From: Elsinoe ampelina
Lineage: Eukaryota
Assembly: GCA_010093995.1 (NCBI GenBank)
Contig: ML992502.1
Location: 444,760 to 508,759, forward strand
Length of the DNA: 64,000 bases
Reading direction: 5' to 3'
In this document: positions 25,000 to 38,285 of the stretch, in pieces
How positions within the stretch are numbered: the first letter of the stretch is position 1
Layout of the letters: every line of letters starts with the position of its first letter
Position numbers and translations under genes: made by a program
Notes under the pieces: generated by a model
The model's input: the letters and a program-made list of their open reading frames with translations, nothing else
What the model was told of the DNA's origin: nothing
Databases searched by the model: none

Positions 25000-27900
25000 T
25001 GTTAAGCGGAAGGCACGTTTAGGGGTAGAGTATTATATAGAACTAATCCGCCCACTAGTTAGGTGATAGACGAGTTGATTAATTAAGGAGTCTATCTACC
25101 GAAGGAAAGAACAGCTATAAATCCCTAGGACTTAGTATTACATGACCTGTAGTTATGTAACCTTCGGGCCTAATTATCTAGAGAGAGCTATATTCTTAGC
25201 ACTCCTACTTAGCTCCTATAGATAAGCTATTAGGTTAATAATAAGCCAAGTTGCTTTACAAACCTTGTGAAGTTCTAACCTTATAATAGCTTAGTTAACC
25301 TATTAGCTACTATATCTACTGTCCTTACAAACTTAACCTATATCCTCTAGTCCCTCTATAGCCTTCTAACGTAGTAGTAAGCAACATTAATGTGTTTTGC
25401 CCTTTTATAAGTATATAGCTCCTTTATAAGTGAAAGAGCTGCCTAGTTATTACTATTAATCTTAGTAGTAAAGGGTAATCTCATTATTACTTTCTAAGAC
25501 TCCTTTATAGTTAGCTTCTAAGGTAATTGACTAACTATCTTATAACAGCCTATGTCTCTTAGTAACTAAGATAGGAACTGTAATCTCTTTGTATAAGAGT
25601 ATATTACTATATATTTAGCCTCTATAGTAGAGGTTAAAACAGACTTCTACTTCCTACTTATCTAGCTAATAGGACTACCTACAAGTATAAAGACGTATCT
25701 AAGAATAGAGACTCTGTCTGTCTTGTCTAAGGCATAGTCTAAATCAGAATATCCCTTAAGAGTCTTATTACTATTCCTCCTAAACACTATACTAAGATCT
25801 TTAGTTAATCTAATATATCTTAATATCTTCTTTATCTTAATAGCATAGCTGTCTATTAGATCTGCTATAAACTAACTAAGCCTTCCTAAGGCAAAGGTAG
25901 TGTCTAGTCTTATTAGGGTACTAAGGTACATCTAGCTTCTAATAGCATATAAGTACTTAGTTCTACTAAACCTTATATCTTTAGTCTAAGCTCTCTAAGG
26001 GAGCTTATTATCTATTAGCTACTTTGTTAGAGTAGCCTTATTAGAGGTCATGTTAAGCCTCTATAGTACATCATCTATATAGTAGGTCTAGTTAAGCCTT
26101 AAGGTTCCTTATTGTCTGTCCCTTGTGACTTTAACCCTAAGAACTTTACTAACCTTACTAAGATCCTTAATCTTAAAGATTTTACTAAGCTCTTACTTAA
26201 ACTACTAGATGTTCTCTTTGCTTTATGCTATAAATAGTATATTATTAATATAAACTAAGAGAATAATCTTCTTATTATAGTGCATAAGAAGATAGAGGTC
26301 TACTTCGCTCTAAGTAAAGCCTAGCTTTAAAAGCTTAGAGATGCAGTGCTAATTCTAATCTCTAGTAGCTTGCTTAAGTCTATATAAGCTCCTAAGAATG
26401 CGGAAGGTAATGCTAGGTTAGACCTTAAGTCTAGGTAGTAGCCTTATATAAATTACTTCCCTAAGGAATAATTCTATAAAGGCATTATTAATATCCACCT
26501 AATAACATTCAAGGTCAAGTATATACACGATAGCAAAGAACAGTCTTAGTGTATCTACTCTAACTATTAGTGTAAATATGTCTTTATAGTTAATACTATA
26601 CTTCTATAAGAAGCCTCTAGTAACAAGTCTAGCCTTAAACTTCTTAATAGAGCTATCCGTGTTGTATTTAACATTAAAGACCTACTTAGATGTTACTAAG
26701 TTTAATCCTTTTAGAGGGATAACCTCTTCCTATGTGTTGTTTAATCCTAGAGTATTAAGCTCTATATTAATTACTTCCTGCTACTTACTTCCCTAAACTA
26801 GATTAGTAACAGCCTTATAGTAGTCTCTTAGAATTAGGACATATTACTTAACAGAGGCTGTTATAGTAATCTTATTAACCTTATCTTGCTAATTAATACA
26901 CTTAGCAATAAATGCTCTATAATGCTTTACCTTAGGCTCTTTATTATTAGACTCTTTATCTCTTAATCTCTTAAGTGATTAACCTGCATAATTAGGTAAT
27001 ATAGATTAAACTATTAGCTCTTCTCTACGTTAGAATTCTACAAGGTTAACAGGGTTAACCCTTAGGATCTCGATATATAAGAAGATTCTCCCTATAGGCG
27101 CTTCTTACTAAATAGGCTAATCTAATTAGTCTACCTTAGGATTAAGCCAGGCTCGGATCTAGGTTAGTCTACTAATTAGTCTCCTAACTAGTGCTTAATT
27201 GCTCGTAGTGCTAATCTTAATACTAAGATTAATATTCCTACCTTTCTTAAATTTAAAGAACTTAATATTTAGTAATATAATTACTACCTTCCTATTAGGT
27301 GCCTATATCTTATATATCCTATTAGTTCTATCTACATAGCTAAGAAATACTCCTACTCTCCCTCTATCTATAAGCTTATCTTTTCTTTTATATATAGGAA
27401 GGGACTTTAGGTTTATATAGGTATATACCTTATAGCCCTAGACTCTAATATAATTAACTAATGGCTTAATACCTATATAGGCCTTAATTAGTGTAACTTA
27501 CTTATTATTAATTATAAGTCTAGTTACTGTCCTATTCCTTAGATATATATCTACCTAAACTACTTTAGNNNNNNNNNNNNNNNNNNNNNNNNNNNNNNNN
27601 NNNNNNNNNNNNNNNNNNNNNNNNNNNNNNNNNNNNNNNNNNNNNNNNNNNNNNNNNNNNNNNNNNNNNNNNNNNNNNNNNNNNNNNNNNNNNNNNNNNN
27701 NNNNCTTAGCTTCTACTTAATAAGCCTCTATAGGGCTTTATCTCTTGTCTTAAGTAGTATAATCTATGTTATTCTTAAATAGCTATCTATAAGCTCTAGG
27801 AAGTATCTAAATCCTTCCCTACTTACTTTAATTAGGCTATAGATGTTAGCATAAATAAGCTAAAGAACCTCTAGTCTTCTCTATAAAGTTTTGCCTCTTC

Positions 27901-30230
27901 TGTTTCTTATCTTTATTAAGGAACAGACCTTATATAGGATTAACAAATTATAGTTTAAATTAATAGGCTTCTTAAGAGTTATAACCTTATAAAGATCCCT
28001 AAGCTTCTTAACTCTAAGGTAAGTAAATCTCCTATACTAGAGTTAGTACTCTATATTAGAGTTATCGGGTCTTAAATTAATAAGATCCTTATGTTGCTTA
28101 TCCTAGGTTAGATATACACACTTAGTGTGTAATATAATTACTAGCTAAGTAGTAAGGAATGCTATGTCCTAATTAGCTAAATCTAGAATTAAGCCGGGCT
28201 TAGATCTAAAATACGGCTTTTAATTAGCTAACTACTTAAAGAGGGATTAGATAATATATACCCCCCCTCGAATTCTAGCTTTAAGTAGTAGCTACTTTTA
28301 TAAATTAAGAACAAGAAAAGAATTTAAATTAAGAACTCTAGAAACTCCTAAATCTATATATAGCTTACGATAGGAGACTAAATTAACACTAAGATTAGGT
28401 ACATAAAGAGCCTATACCTTTATCTTATCTCTCTTCTTAGTCTTAATAACAGCGGTTCCTATTAACTATAACTAAAGGTAACTCTCCCTAACCTAGATCT
28501 ATCGAGTGTATATCTTACTTAATAGGCCCCTAAAGAGGGTTAGCTTGTCTATTATATAGTTAGATGCTCTAGAGTTAAGCATCTACTAATAATATAGAAG
28601 CTTACCTTGTACCTCTAATATAGAGCCTATAGTCTTAAGTTCCTCTTTACCTAATAGAACTTTAGGTAGTAGAGTTAAGATTAGAGAGGAAGGTTCGGAC
28701 CGGCCTTTAGTAGTAGTAAAGGCTTTGCCTTTCTTTAACTTAGATGCTACTTCTAGTCTGTTAACCTTCTTAGTGAGATGCCTAATAAGGGTAACTAGAT
28801 CATTAGAAGCTAATAGAGATCTTCTCCTCCTTAGTAGGCTCTTAGTAATCCTATAGGAAGGCTAAATATGCCTCTATACTCTTTAAAGTTAAGGGCATCT
28901 AGTTACGTTATAACTAGCCTATAAGTAGAGGATGCATATGTAGCTTATACTTCTACTAGGTCCTTGATTTAGTCTCCCCCTAGCAAATATAGCAATCTTA
29001 TGCTTGCTAAGGTGTCTCTCTTCCTCCTTAAGAATAAGGAGGACCTTATCTATATTAGTTAATCCCCTTGCTTTAATTGCTTGCCTTATAAACCTATAGT
29101 CGTTAGGAAGAGAAGAGAGAAGCTACTATAATCTCTCTACTACCCTCTAATAACCCTTGTCTAGGTAGACAATAGCGATCTATCTTCCTAGGCTAGCAAG
29201 GTAGGACTAAGCTTTATTAATAGTGTTCTACTTATCTATCTTATAGTTCACAAATTAGATAACTAGCTCCCTTACGCTTGCCTTAAGGTTTGTTTTATAC
29301 TTAGACTTAAGTAATCTCTAATACTCTAATATAAGCTCTTCCTTATATAGTAACTCTTTGTTATCTTATAAGATATACTAGACAACCTAGTACTTAGTAG
29401 TTGCATTAGCCTTTTGCTAGTCCTTTAACTTGATAGGTAGGACTAAAAAGGAGCTAGAGGTGTCATTAGATAATAGTGTTACTAAAGGGGTAGTCTAACT
29501 ACGAATAGTCTAGAAGGTATTCTTACTTATAAGGTACATTTCTATCTAGTAGAACTATTCTCTCTAGTTAAGTCTATTAAGCTTAACAACTAGTCTTCTT
29601 AAAGATAAGGACTAATCTTCTATAGTTAGGAATTAAGTTCTCTAAGGAGAAGAGAATCGAATAAATAGATAAAGGTTAAGTTTAGTTAATGACCTCTAGT
29701 TAATAGTTGTCTATAAGGCTAGCTAGGCCTTAGAGGAAGTTAGTAAATCGAATATGTTTAGTTAATCTAGCTAATAAACAGCAGCTATAGTGGAACAATT
29801 ATAGGAGTTGAACCTATGCTAAATAGAAGTACTGTTCCTACTTGTTGTTCTAAGTAGTACAATCTTTCACGACTTATAGTACAGTCTACTAGGCTTACTA
29901 AAGGTATCTAGATAGTTAACTATAAGGCAGTAGGGATATTGTAATTCCGCTTCTGTTTTGTTTAAGTAGTAGGCCAACTACTGTACATACAATCCTATAC
30001 TTATGCTATAAGCTCCGGGCTTATAACCTATTAAGCAGAAGGCACGTTTAGGGGTAGAGTATTATATAGAACTAATCCGCCTACTAGTTAGGTAATAGAC
30101 GAGTTAATTAATTAAGGAGTCTATCTACCGAAGGAAAGAACAGCTATAAATCCCTAGGACTTAGTATCACATAACCTATAGTTATGTAACCTTCGGGCCT
30201 AATTATCTAGAGAGAGCTATATTCTTAGCA
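25000..30230 (-). mobile_element. Ty1/Copia LTR retrotransposon, both ends present
   Basis: 202-bp LTRs at 25000-25201 (TG...CA) and 30029-30230. 5-bp TSD cttaa at 24995-24999 and 30231-30235. Copia-type PBS ggttat(g)agccc on the minus strand at ~30016-30028. LRSLYGLKQA ~26380, LVYVDD ~26245, AKHIDVAYHYVR ~25385. Confidence 0.96.
27569..27704. other. Assembly gap (136 N) within the Copia integrase region
   Basis: Run of N. Confidence 1.
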
Positions 30231-30482
30231 CTTAATATAATTAGATTATAGGTATATTACTTAGCCTTACCGAGTTAGTATTATATCTATAATGTCTTTT
30301 ATATATTCCTTCTTAAACTATAGATAGTTAAAGCTAGTAAGGAGCTAGAAGAAAGTATATCTCTTATAGATAAAGTAGAAAAGTAAGTAGTAGAGAAAAT
30401 CCTAAGTAAGAGAACTATAAAGAGTAGAGTATTCTACTTAGTAAAGTAGATAGACTAGCCTATTAACTTTAATAGCTAAGAA

Positions 30483-31436
30483 TAGAGTAGTTTTTAGGTA
30501 CCTAACGCAACCTAAATAGACTCTGAATTTAGCCTAATAGAGTTATATTACCCTATAAAAATTTCGCTTCACTTTCGCGTTTCTCGTGATTTACTGCGTT
30601 AATCTCGGCTAAATCTAGGTAATATATATATTATAAGAATTTACAAAAAAATGCATACTAAATAGTATATAGCATGTTTATATAATCTAAAAGCTTAATT
30701 TTATATAAGTATTTAAAAAGTTTGGCTTTCTTTCTAAAATTAGAGTTTTATATTATATAAGCATACTATATATCATTTAGTGCGCATTTTTTTGTAGATT
30801 CTAATAATATATATATTATCTAGATTTAGCCAAAATTGACATAGTAAATCACGAGAAACGCGAAAGTAAAGCGAAATTTTTACTAGGGTGGTTTTTAGGT
30901 ACCTAATGCAACCTAACTAGACCCTGGATTTAGCCTAATAGAGTTATATTACCCTGTAAAAATTTCGCTTCACTTTCGCGTTTCTCGTGATTTACCGCGT
31001 TAATCTCGGCTAAATCTAGGTAATATATAAATTATTAGAATCTACAAAAAAATGCGCACTAAATGGTATATAGCATGCTTACATAATCCAAAAGCTCGAT
31101 TTTATATAAGTATTTAAAAAGTTTAGCTTTCTTTCTAAAATTAGAGTTTTATATTATGTAAGCATACTATATACCATTTAGTGTACATTCTTTTATAGAT
31201 TCTAATAATATATATATTACCTAGATTTAGCTAAGATTAACATAGTAAATCACGAGAAATGCGAAAGTAAAGCGAAATTTTTACAGGGTAATATAACTCT
31301 ATTAGGCTAAATCCAGGGTCTAGTTAGGTTGCATTAGGTACCCAAAAACCACTCTAATTTTTATAGGGTAATATAACTCTATTAGGCTAAATCTAGAGTC
31401 TAGTTAAGTTATATTAGGTACCTAAAAACTACTCTA
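30483..31436. mobile_element. Palindromic hAT-type MITE (outer copy, 473 bp without the nested copy)
   Basis: Termini tagagtagtttttaggtacc and ggtacctaaaaactactcta. Exact 8-bp TSD gctaagaa at 30475-30482 and 31437-31444. Long inverted arms. Inserted in the family A chromodomain. Confidence 0.93.
30884..31356. mobile_element. Second copy of the same MITE (473 bp) nested in the first
   Basis: Termini tagggtggtttttaggtacc and ggtacccaaaaaccactcta. 8-bp TSD atttttac / atttttat (one C>T) at 30876-30883 and 31357-31364. Confidence 0.92.
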
Positions 31437-31752
31437 GCTAAGAACTTAAAGAGAATTATATAAATATAAGAAAACTAATTACTATATATAAGTTATAGCT
31501 AAGGGCACCTAAGAAGAGTTATAGAAGGTATAGATTATAGAGTATATAAGTAGATAAGTAGATAGGTTATATAAGTATATAAACTTAGTTAAAGAATAGA
31601 CTCCTTATCTAGAGTAATATATTTTAATAAAGTACTACGCTTATACTAGCTATATAAGTATTATCCTAAACACTATAAACTCTTATACTATTTATAACGC
31701 CTTATAAGTATAGTACTAGAGACATATACCTAGCTTATATATAATATAACTA

Positions 31753-32509
31753 CTACTCTCTATTCTTATTACCTTTCTCTCTATCTTTAAAAAACTCTCC
31801 TCTAGCTATAATCCTATCTAACTACTTAGTTAAGCTACTAGTGTTATATACTATCTAAGTATATTAGTTACTAGATAGACATATAAGTAGTATAGCTAAT
31901 ATACCTCTTACTTAACTACTACTAAGGTAAATAAAGCTCTTCTAATCTTTTAAAGCTCTACTACCTTTTCCTAGTTAAGTGCCTTAGGTATAGTGCCTAC
32001 GTAGCTAGTATAAGGTATAGACGCCTTACTAGTAACCTTATTCTTATTAGTATAGTAGGCCTTTAATAAATCCTTAAAGTCCTTAAGGGTTTTAGTATAG
32101 GTTATATAGTCTATATATACGTTAAGGTCGTTATTATCGATGCTCGTTAGTAAGCTAAATACGTTATATATAGCTATATACTTACTATATAGGTAAGGTA
32201 GCTATATACTTACTATATAGGTAAGGTAGTAGTAGCTCGTAGGTATAGTACTCCTTAATATAGTAAGTATACTTCTTCTTAGTAAGGGTACTAAAGTTCC
32301 TACTAATATAGTTAAATCCTACTATATATTAGCTACGAATTATACTTAAATAGACTATACTTACTCTTATTAATACTAGTAGTATACCTATAGTAGAGGG
32401 AAGCTAGTATAGGACTTACACTAGTAAGAGTTATATAAAGTAGACTTAAAGGAGTCTTAGGGAGCTAATAAGAGCTAGTACTATATATATTATATATAGG
32501 CCTAGATAT
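31753..32509 (-). pseudogene. Antisense spliced Cys6 gene relic in the 3' region of Gypsy A
   Basis: De-RIP LCHRCA..INK / intron / GFDC-x12-CTYC-x6-C, an acidic tail and a TATA-like run ~32619. A 28-bp tandem duplication at ~32172-32227 breaks the frame. Confidence 0.5.
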
Positions 32510-32927
32510 TATAAAGAAAGTATAAGTTGTATATAGAGCACTATATTAAAGTAGAAGTCTAAGAAAATAAAAAGGTATTTAGATATAGAAGAGAGAAAGT
32601 AAGGAGTAATAGTAAGGTTATATATACTAACCTCTAGTATACTATATCTTTATTATAGTTACTAGTATAGAGTATATATTCCCTATAGTACTACTAGAAA
32701 TTTTTAGGAAAAATAATACTATTACTACTAATTAGCCTTAATACTATAGTAACTAGATAAACGCTCTCTTAGACCTAGATTATTAGGACTATAATAACTA
32801 AGTAGTATATAGTTTATATATAATATACTATAGAAAATGTCTCTAGGCCTATATTACCTTTGTTATAGTTATATACTTAATATACTAGTAAGGAGCTAAG
32901 AATAGCTCTCCTAGAGGAGAAGGTAAT

Positions 32928-33081
32928 TATAAGAGTATAATATTAGAGTAGTACTTAGTAGTAACTAGTTCTACTTACGTAATATACTAGAATATCCTAT
33001 ATAGTACTTATACTATAGACTTAATAGTAATTAGTTCTACTACTAATAAACTATTTAGTTAGATAGGTATTCTCTATATTA
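32928..33081 (+). repeat. Family A 3' LTR, cut near its end by B2
   Basis: Matches 1391-1544 and is preceded by a PPT. Confidence 0.82.
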
Positions 33082-36000
33082 TAATTACAACTAGTAAGAT
33101 AAGAGGTTAATTATATCTATTCGTTAAGATATTAAGACTTAGAAGAAGAAGAAGAAAAGCTAGTATATAAAGCACGCGTAATATCGAGAGCGAAGTAGCT
33201 AGAAGCCCGGGCTACGATACTAAGATTACGTAACTAATTCCTAAACTAGATCCTAACTAAATCTAGTTTATATCTATCTTATATTACTACTTCCTCTCTT
33301 AAACGCGTTTACTCTTAAACGCTATTATACATTATTTGTCGATCTATTTTAGTCTTAGCTTATCCGTGTAATAGTCTAGATAGTTACGTAGTACGTTAGC
33401 TACTCCTTTAAGATTATTAATTAGCTACTAGGTAAGATTCTCTAGATAGCTCTTCTAGCTTATATAAGTAACTAGCTTCCCTTATAGTATATATATATTA
33501 ATTACATTATCTACCTTATACTTCTCTTTACTATTAACCTCTACTAGAGGTAGTTTATTAAAGACTTAGCCTAGTAGAGAGTTATTTAGGTACTTAGTAA
33601 GGAGGTTAGTATAGAATACTAGGTAGATTCTCTATAGCGTAGCTAGTAGATTAAGCTTATATACTAGTAATAATTATTTCTTAAGGATCTTATAGGGACT
33701 AATATACTTTAGTAGTAGCTTTAGATTACCCTATAGCTAGAGGTTCTTCGTTAATAGCTAAACTAAATTACTAGCCTCGAACTTAATTAGCTAGTAGTAC
33801 TTATTTACTTATTTTACTATCCGTAACTAGGTAATAGTAAGGTTAGCCTTAGTAATAGCTAGTGCCTCTTTTAGTTGCTTAGCAAGTGTATAGATGTCGA
33901 CCTTATTTAGCTTAGCTCTTGTTAACAGTACGTTAGAAAGGGGCTAGAAGCTTAGCCTTAGCTTATATCCTCTAGTAACTTTAAATAGTAATAGCTTAGT
34001 ACTCTCTAATATGTTAATGTTAGCGGAGAATTCTACGACTAGTAGAATAAGTGTCTAATTACTAAAGTGTATAGTGTACGAATAGATAACTTACTCGAAC
34101 TTATAATTTATAACCTCTAATTAGCTATCTATTTATAGATACTCTATAGTAGATAGTTTAGTAGTAATCATTAGGATTTAGTAGAGCCTCTTCTATACGT
34201 CGCTAACGAACTAAGGGCTACAATCCGAGGTAATACTATCTAGTAGACTATATAGTTTCTATATATAGAAGAATAATAGCTTAGTAGTCTTAAACGCTAA
34301 AGTACTACCTTCTCTAGAGAAGTACGGGATTAAGTACTATTCCTTAGATAGGCAGTTAATAACATAGAGTACTACGTTATAGCTGTCTACTAAGGGTAGA
34401 CTAGTAACGAAGTCTATAGTAATATATTACTATAGTCTTACTAGAATAGGTAATAGAGAGAGGAGACTAGCTAGTAGACTATAGTAAGCCTTCGACTATT
34501 TATAGTTATAGTAGTTAGTAATAAACCTCTTTACATTACTATTATATCCAGGAATATAGAAGGTAGTTTTAATTATAGTAGATGTCTTAGTAGCTCCTCT
34601 ATATACGTAGTCTTTTAATATATAAACCCCTTAGATAACTTTTACAGCTATAGAGAAAGGCACGATTAATTAGCTATCGGCTTATAGTATCCCCTTCTCG
34701 ATTATAACATTAGTCGACAGTAGCTATTTCCTCTTTAGAAAGGCTTCTATTATATAGTAGATACTATAAACTAACTCGAAGTTAGGGTCTTATAAGTTAG
34801 CTCTAGCTACTTCGTTAAATAGCGGTAAAAGTAGCTCTTCTAAGGCCGAGATAGGTGCCACGTAGATACCTAGCTTATAAGCTAAAATAGACGTCGAAAT
34901 AGGTAGTAAAATAGGAGGTAAAATAGGTAATAAACTAGATAGCGAACTAGTTTATAAACTAAATGCTAAACTAGATCTTAGTTTAGCTTAGATCGGTAAT
35001 CTAGTTTAGATACGACCTAGATTTAGTTCGTTAATAATACACTAATCTAGTACCTTATATAGTAATAGCGTCTAGTATAGATTAGAGTCTTTCTTTAAGT
35101 GTAGTATATCTCTATTCCTCCTCGTAAGTACGTCGGCCTTACTATTAGTAGTGCTAGGCCTATATATAATTTTAAAGTTAAACTATGTAAGGTAGAGAGC
35201 CTAGTATACTTAGTAGCGTAATAGCTTCTAAGTCTTTATAAAGTACATTAAGGATTAGTAGTTAGTAAGGACGTAGATAGCCTTATTAAATTAAGTACTT
35301 ATAAGCTCGAGGGCCTACTCCTTAAAGGCTTAGACAATAGCTAGTAGCTCCTTATTATAGATAGTATAGTTACGCTTAGCTTTGTTTATAGATTTACTAA
35401 AAAAGGTAATAGGCTAGAGGACGTTAGACTTATTATATTACGACAGAATTCTAGTAGTAGTAGTGTCGGAGGTGTCTATCTTAAGGACTATTTATTTTAA
35501 GCAATTAAAGTATATAAGGATAGGCGCGCTTATAATAGTATACTTTATATAATTAAACGTAGTAGTACACTTATCGTTCTATAGTATAGTGTCCTTCTTA
35601 AGTAGATTATTTAGTAGCTTAGTAATAGTACTAAATCCCTTAATAAAGCAATAATAGTAGCTATAGAAGCTAATAAAGCTCCTTACCTAAGTAGTGTTAC
35701 TAGGGGCTAGCTATTTCTATACTTATATAGCTTCTACCTTCTTAGGATCTATCTTAACTCTATCTTAGCTAATAATAATACTAAGGTACTTTACCTCTAT
35801 TAGGTAGAACTTGCTCTTCTTAATATTAGTATTTAAGCCTAATTTGTAGAGTCTCTAGAGTACTAACTTAATATACTTAGCATGTTCTTAGCGAGAGCTA
35901 TTAGTATAGATAAGAATATTATTAAGATAGATTAACACGAAGTACTCTAGTATATTAATAAAGTTATAATTTATAAACCTCTACTATATAGTAGAGGCGT

Positions 36001-38285
36001 TAGTAAGGCCGAATAGTATTACTAGCTACTTAAAATTGCCTATATATATAGAGAATATAGTAAGGTCCTTACTATTAATAGAGTTATAGAGGTAGTAGAA
36101 GGCTTAGTAGATGTTAAATTATTAATCTTACTAAACTACTTAGCTTTACTTACGTATATAAGTATTTCTTTAATAAGAGGTAGTAGATAGACGTTTTACT
36201 TAGTTACCTTATTAAGGCTATAGTAGTTAATATAGAGACGAAGTCCGCTACCTAGCTTATAAACAAAGAGAATAGGTAAAGAGTAGCTAGTAGAGCTTAG
36301 TATAATAAAGCCCTTATCGAGGTGCTTATAGATAAACTATTCTACTATATCGAGCTCTTCTAGTAAAAGGTAGCGTAGGGGTTTAGTACGTAGTAGTTTA
36401 GCTCTATTCTTAAGTATAATTTAATTATTAAAATCTAGCCGGTGTAGAGGAAGCGTATTAGACTACTCTTTAGAGAAGATATTAGCGAATTTATATAGCT
36501 CCTCTATAAGAACTACTATAGAGTCTAGCTCTAGCTTAGAGGCTATCTAGTAGTAATCCTTAATATTCTTTACTAAGATTATAAACACCTCGTTCTTTTA
36601 GTATTAGGCTACTAATATAAAAGTAGTAGCGCTAATAAAGGTAATAGTTAGTTCTTCTTATTTAGTGTTACTTACGTAGGTAGGTATATAGAAGAACTTA
36701 TATATTAAATAAGTACTATAGGAGACTAGTTTAAACTCTCCTTAATCTAGCTTAAGGTTTAATCTAAAAGCTAGTAGTCGATATAATCTAGTTTATTCTA
36801 TCTTAGTAGCTAAACTAGAACCTAGTTTATAAGTTAAACTAGAACTAAACTAGTTCTAAACTAGAGTAGTAGCTTTACTAAGCTAGATTTCTAGATCTAA
36901 GCCGGGCTTAGATCTAGATCCTAGCCTTTTAATTAGCTATAGTAGCTCCTACTTAACGATAACTAGTAAAAACTCTTCTTTATACGTAACTTAGCTATGC
37001 TTATAGTCGATAGTAGCTCTATTAGCCTTAAGCTAGCTAAGGCCGAGAATAATATTAAAATAGCTAATATCTATAATATAGAAGGTAGTAAGAGCGTTTA
37101 GCTTACTAAAGACAGTAGTAGTAAGAGAAACGCTATAAGTAACTTACTCTATTAGAACACTATTATAAGCCTAAAGCTAAATAGAGCTAGCTAACGCTAT
37201 AGGGTAGCTAAAGCTCTTTAGCTTATTAAGGACGTTATAATTAACTATAGCGCTAATAAGCGTACTAGTATTAATAAAGGCTTAGAGTATAATAGTGTAA
37301 GAGTAGTTATAAGAGTTATAAATAGTAATAGGAGTTATAATAGCAGGGATGTAGTAGCTAATAACGCTGTTTATTAAACATATACCTCCTCTAGATCTAT
37401 CTCGAATTACTCTTATTCTACTAGAGAATAGAACTCGTTCTCTAGCTACTTATTTCTCTAGCTAGAGTAGTCTATAGACTAGTAATCTATCTCGGGGTTA
37501 AACTAAGGCTAATAATTTAGTTCGTAAGCTAAACTAGTGTCGACTTAGTTACTTAACTTAGCTAAATAGTCCTAGAGTTATTATATTTCTTCTATAGTAC
37601 TAATATATATAAGGTATATAGTAGCGTAGGTAGCCTTCTCTAAGGCACTAGCTATATACTTAGTAGAGATATAGCTAGGCTTACTATATATATAATAGGT
37701 AAGTGTCTAAGTTAGATAGAAAGGCTATAGAGCACCTCTAGTAATAGAGTAGAAGGTAGCTAGAGTAGTAGGTATAGAAGTAGAATAAGGTATACAAATT
37801 AGTACTATAGTAGCGCGGCTTATAGCTAGGCTAGAGTATAAGGCTTAAGTACGCTTAGTAATAAGGTTACTCTATTAGATGTTATAGTTAGTAGCGTAGG
37901 CCTTTACGATAAAGGTAGTAAGGTTATTAGTGTCGAAGTTAACGAGGGCAATATATAGTTTATTAAATATCTTCTAACGTAACTAGTAGAGCTATTTATT
38001 CTTAGCGACCTTAGCGTAAAGGGTATACTTATTAAATTTGCTAATAAAGGAGTTAAAAGAGGCGTTATACTAGAAGAGACTAGCGAACTAAGCGTATATA
38101 GTAGCCTTATAGTTAGGGTCCTTAAAGCGCTAGGCTAAGATACTAAGAGCGGCTTTAACGTCGAGAGTGTTATTACTAGCAGAGTCTATAATAAGAGTGT
38201 ACGCCTCGCTAGAAAGACGCGAGCAGAGATAGGCGAACTAAGTAGCCTTAGTAGAGAAGTAGTTAGCGTTAGTACGTATCTTATT
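33082..38285 (-). mobile_element. Gypsy family B copy B2 (3' LTR, pol, part of gag; interrupted by C1)
   Basis: Reverse complement of B1/B3 sequence, with LTR at 33082-33286. The 5' remainder is not in the window. Confidence 0.93.

Larger units (their letters stand above)
1391..33081 (+). mobile_element. Gypsy/chromovirus LTR retrotransposon, family A (outermost host, multiply interrupted)
   Basis: LTR copies start tataagagtataatattagag at 1391 and 32928, with a purine tract gaggagaagg before 32928. Gag-like relic ~1560-2128, pol 21923-24999, chromodomain ~30370-31490. That both halves are one insertion is inferred, because the right TSD is not visible. Confidence 0.75.

Noticed and set aside
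30483..31436. CRISPR-like or satellite repeat
   Set aside because: Fully explained by two nested palindromic MITEs with TSDs; no repeat-spacer pattern, and the context is eukaryotic.
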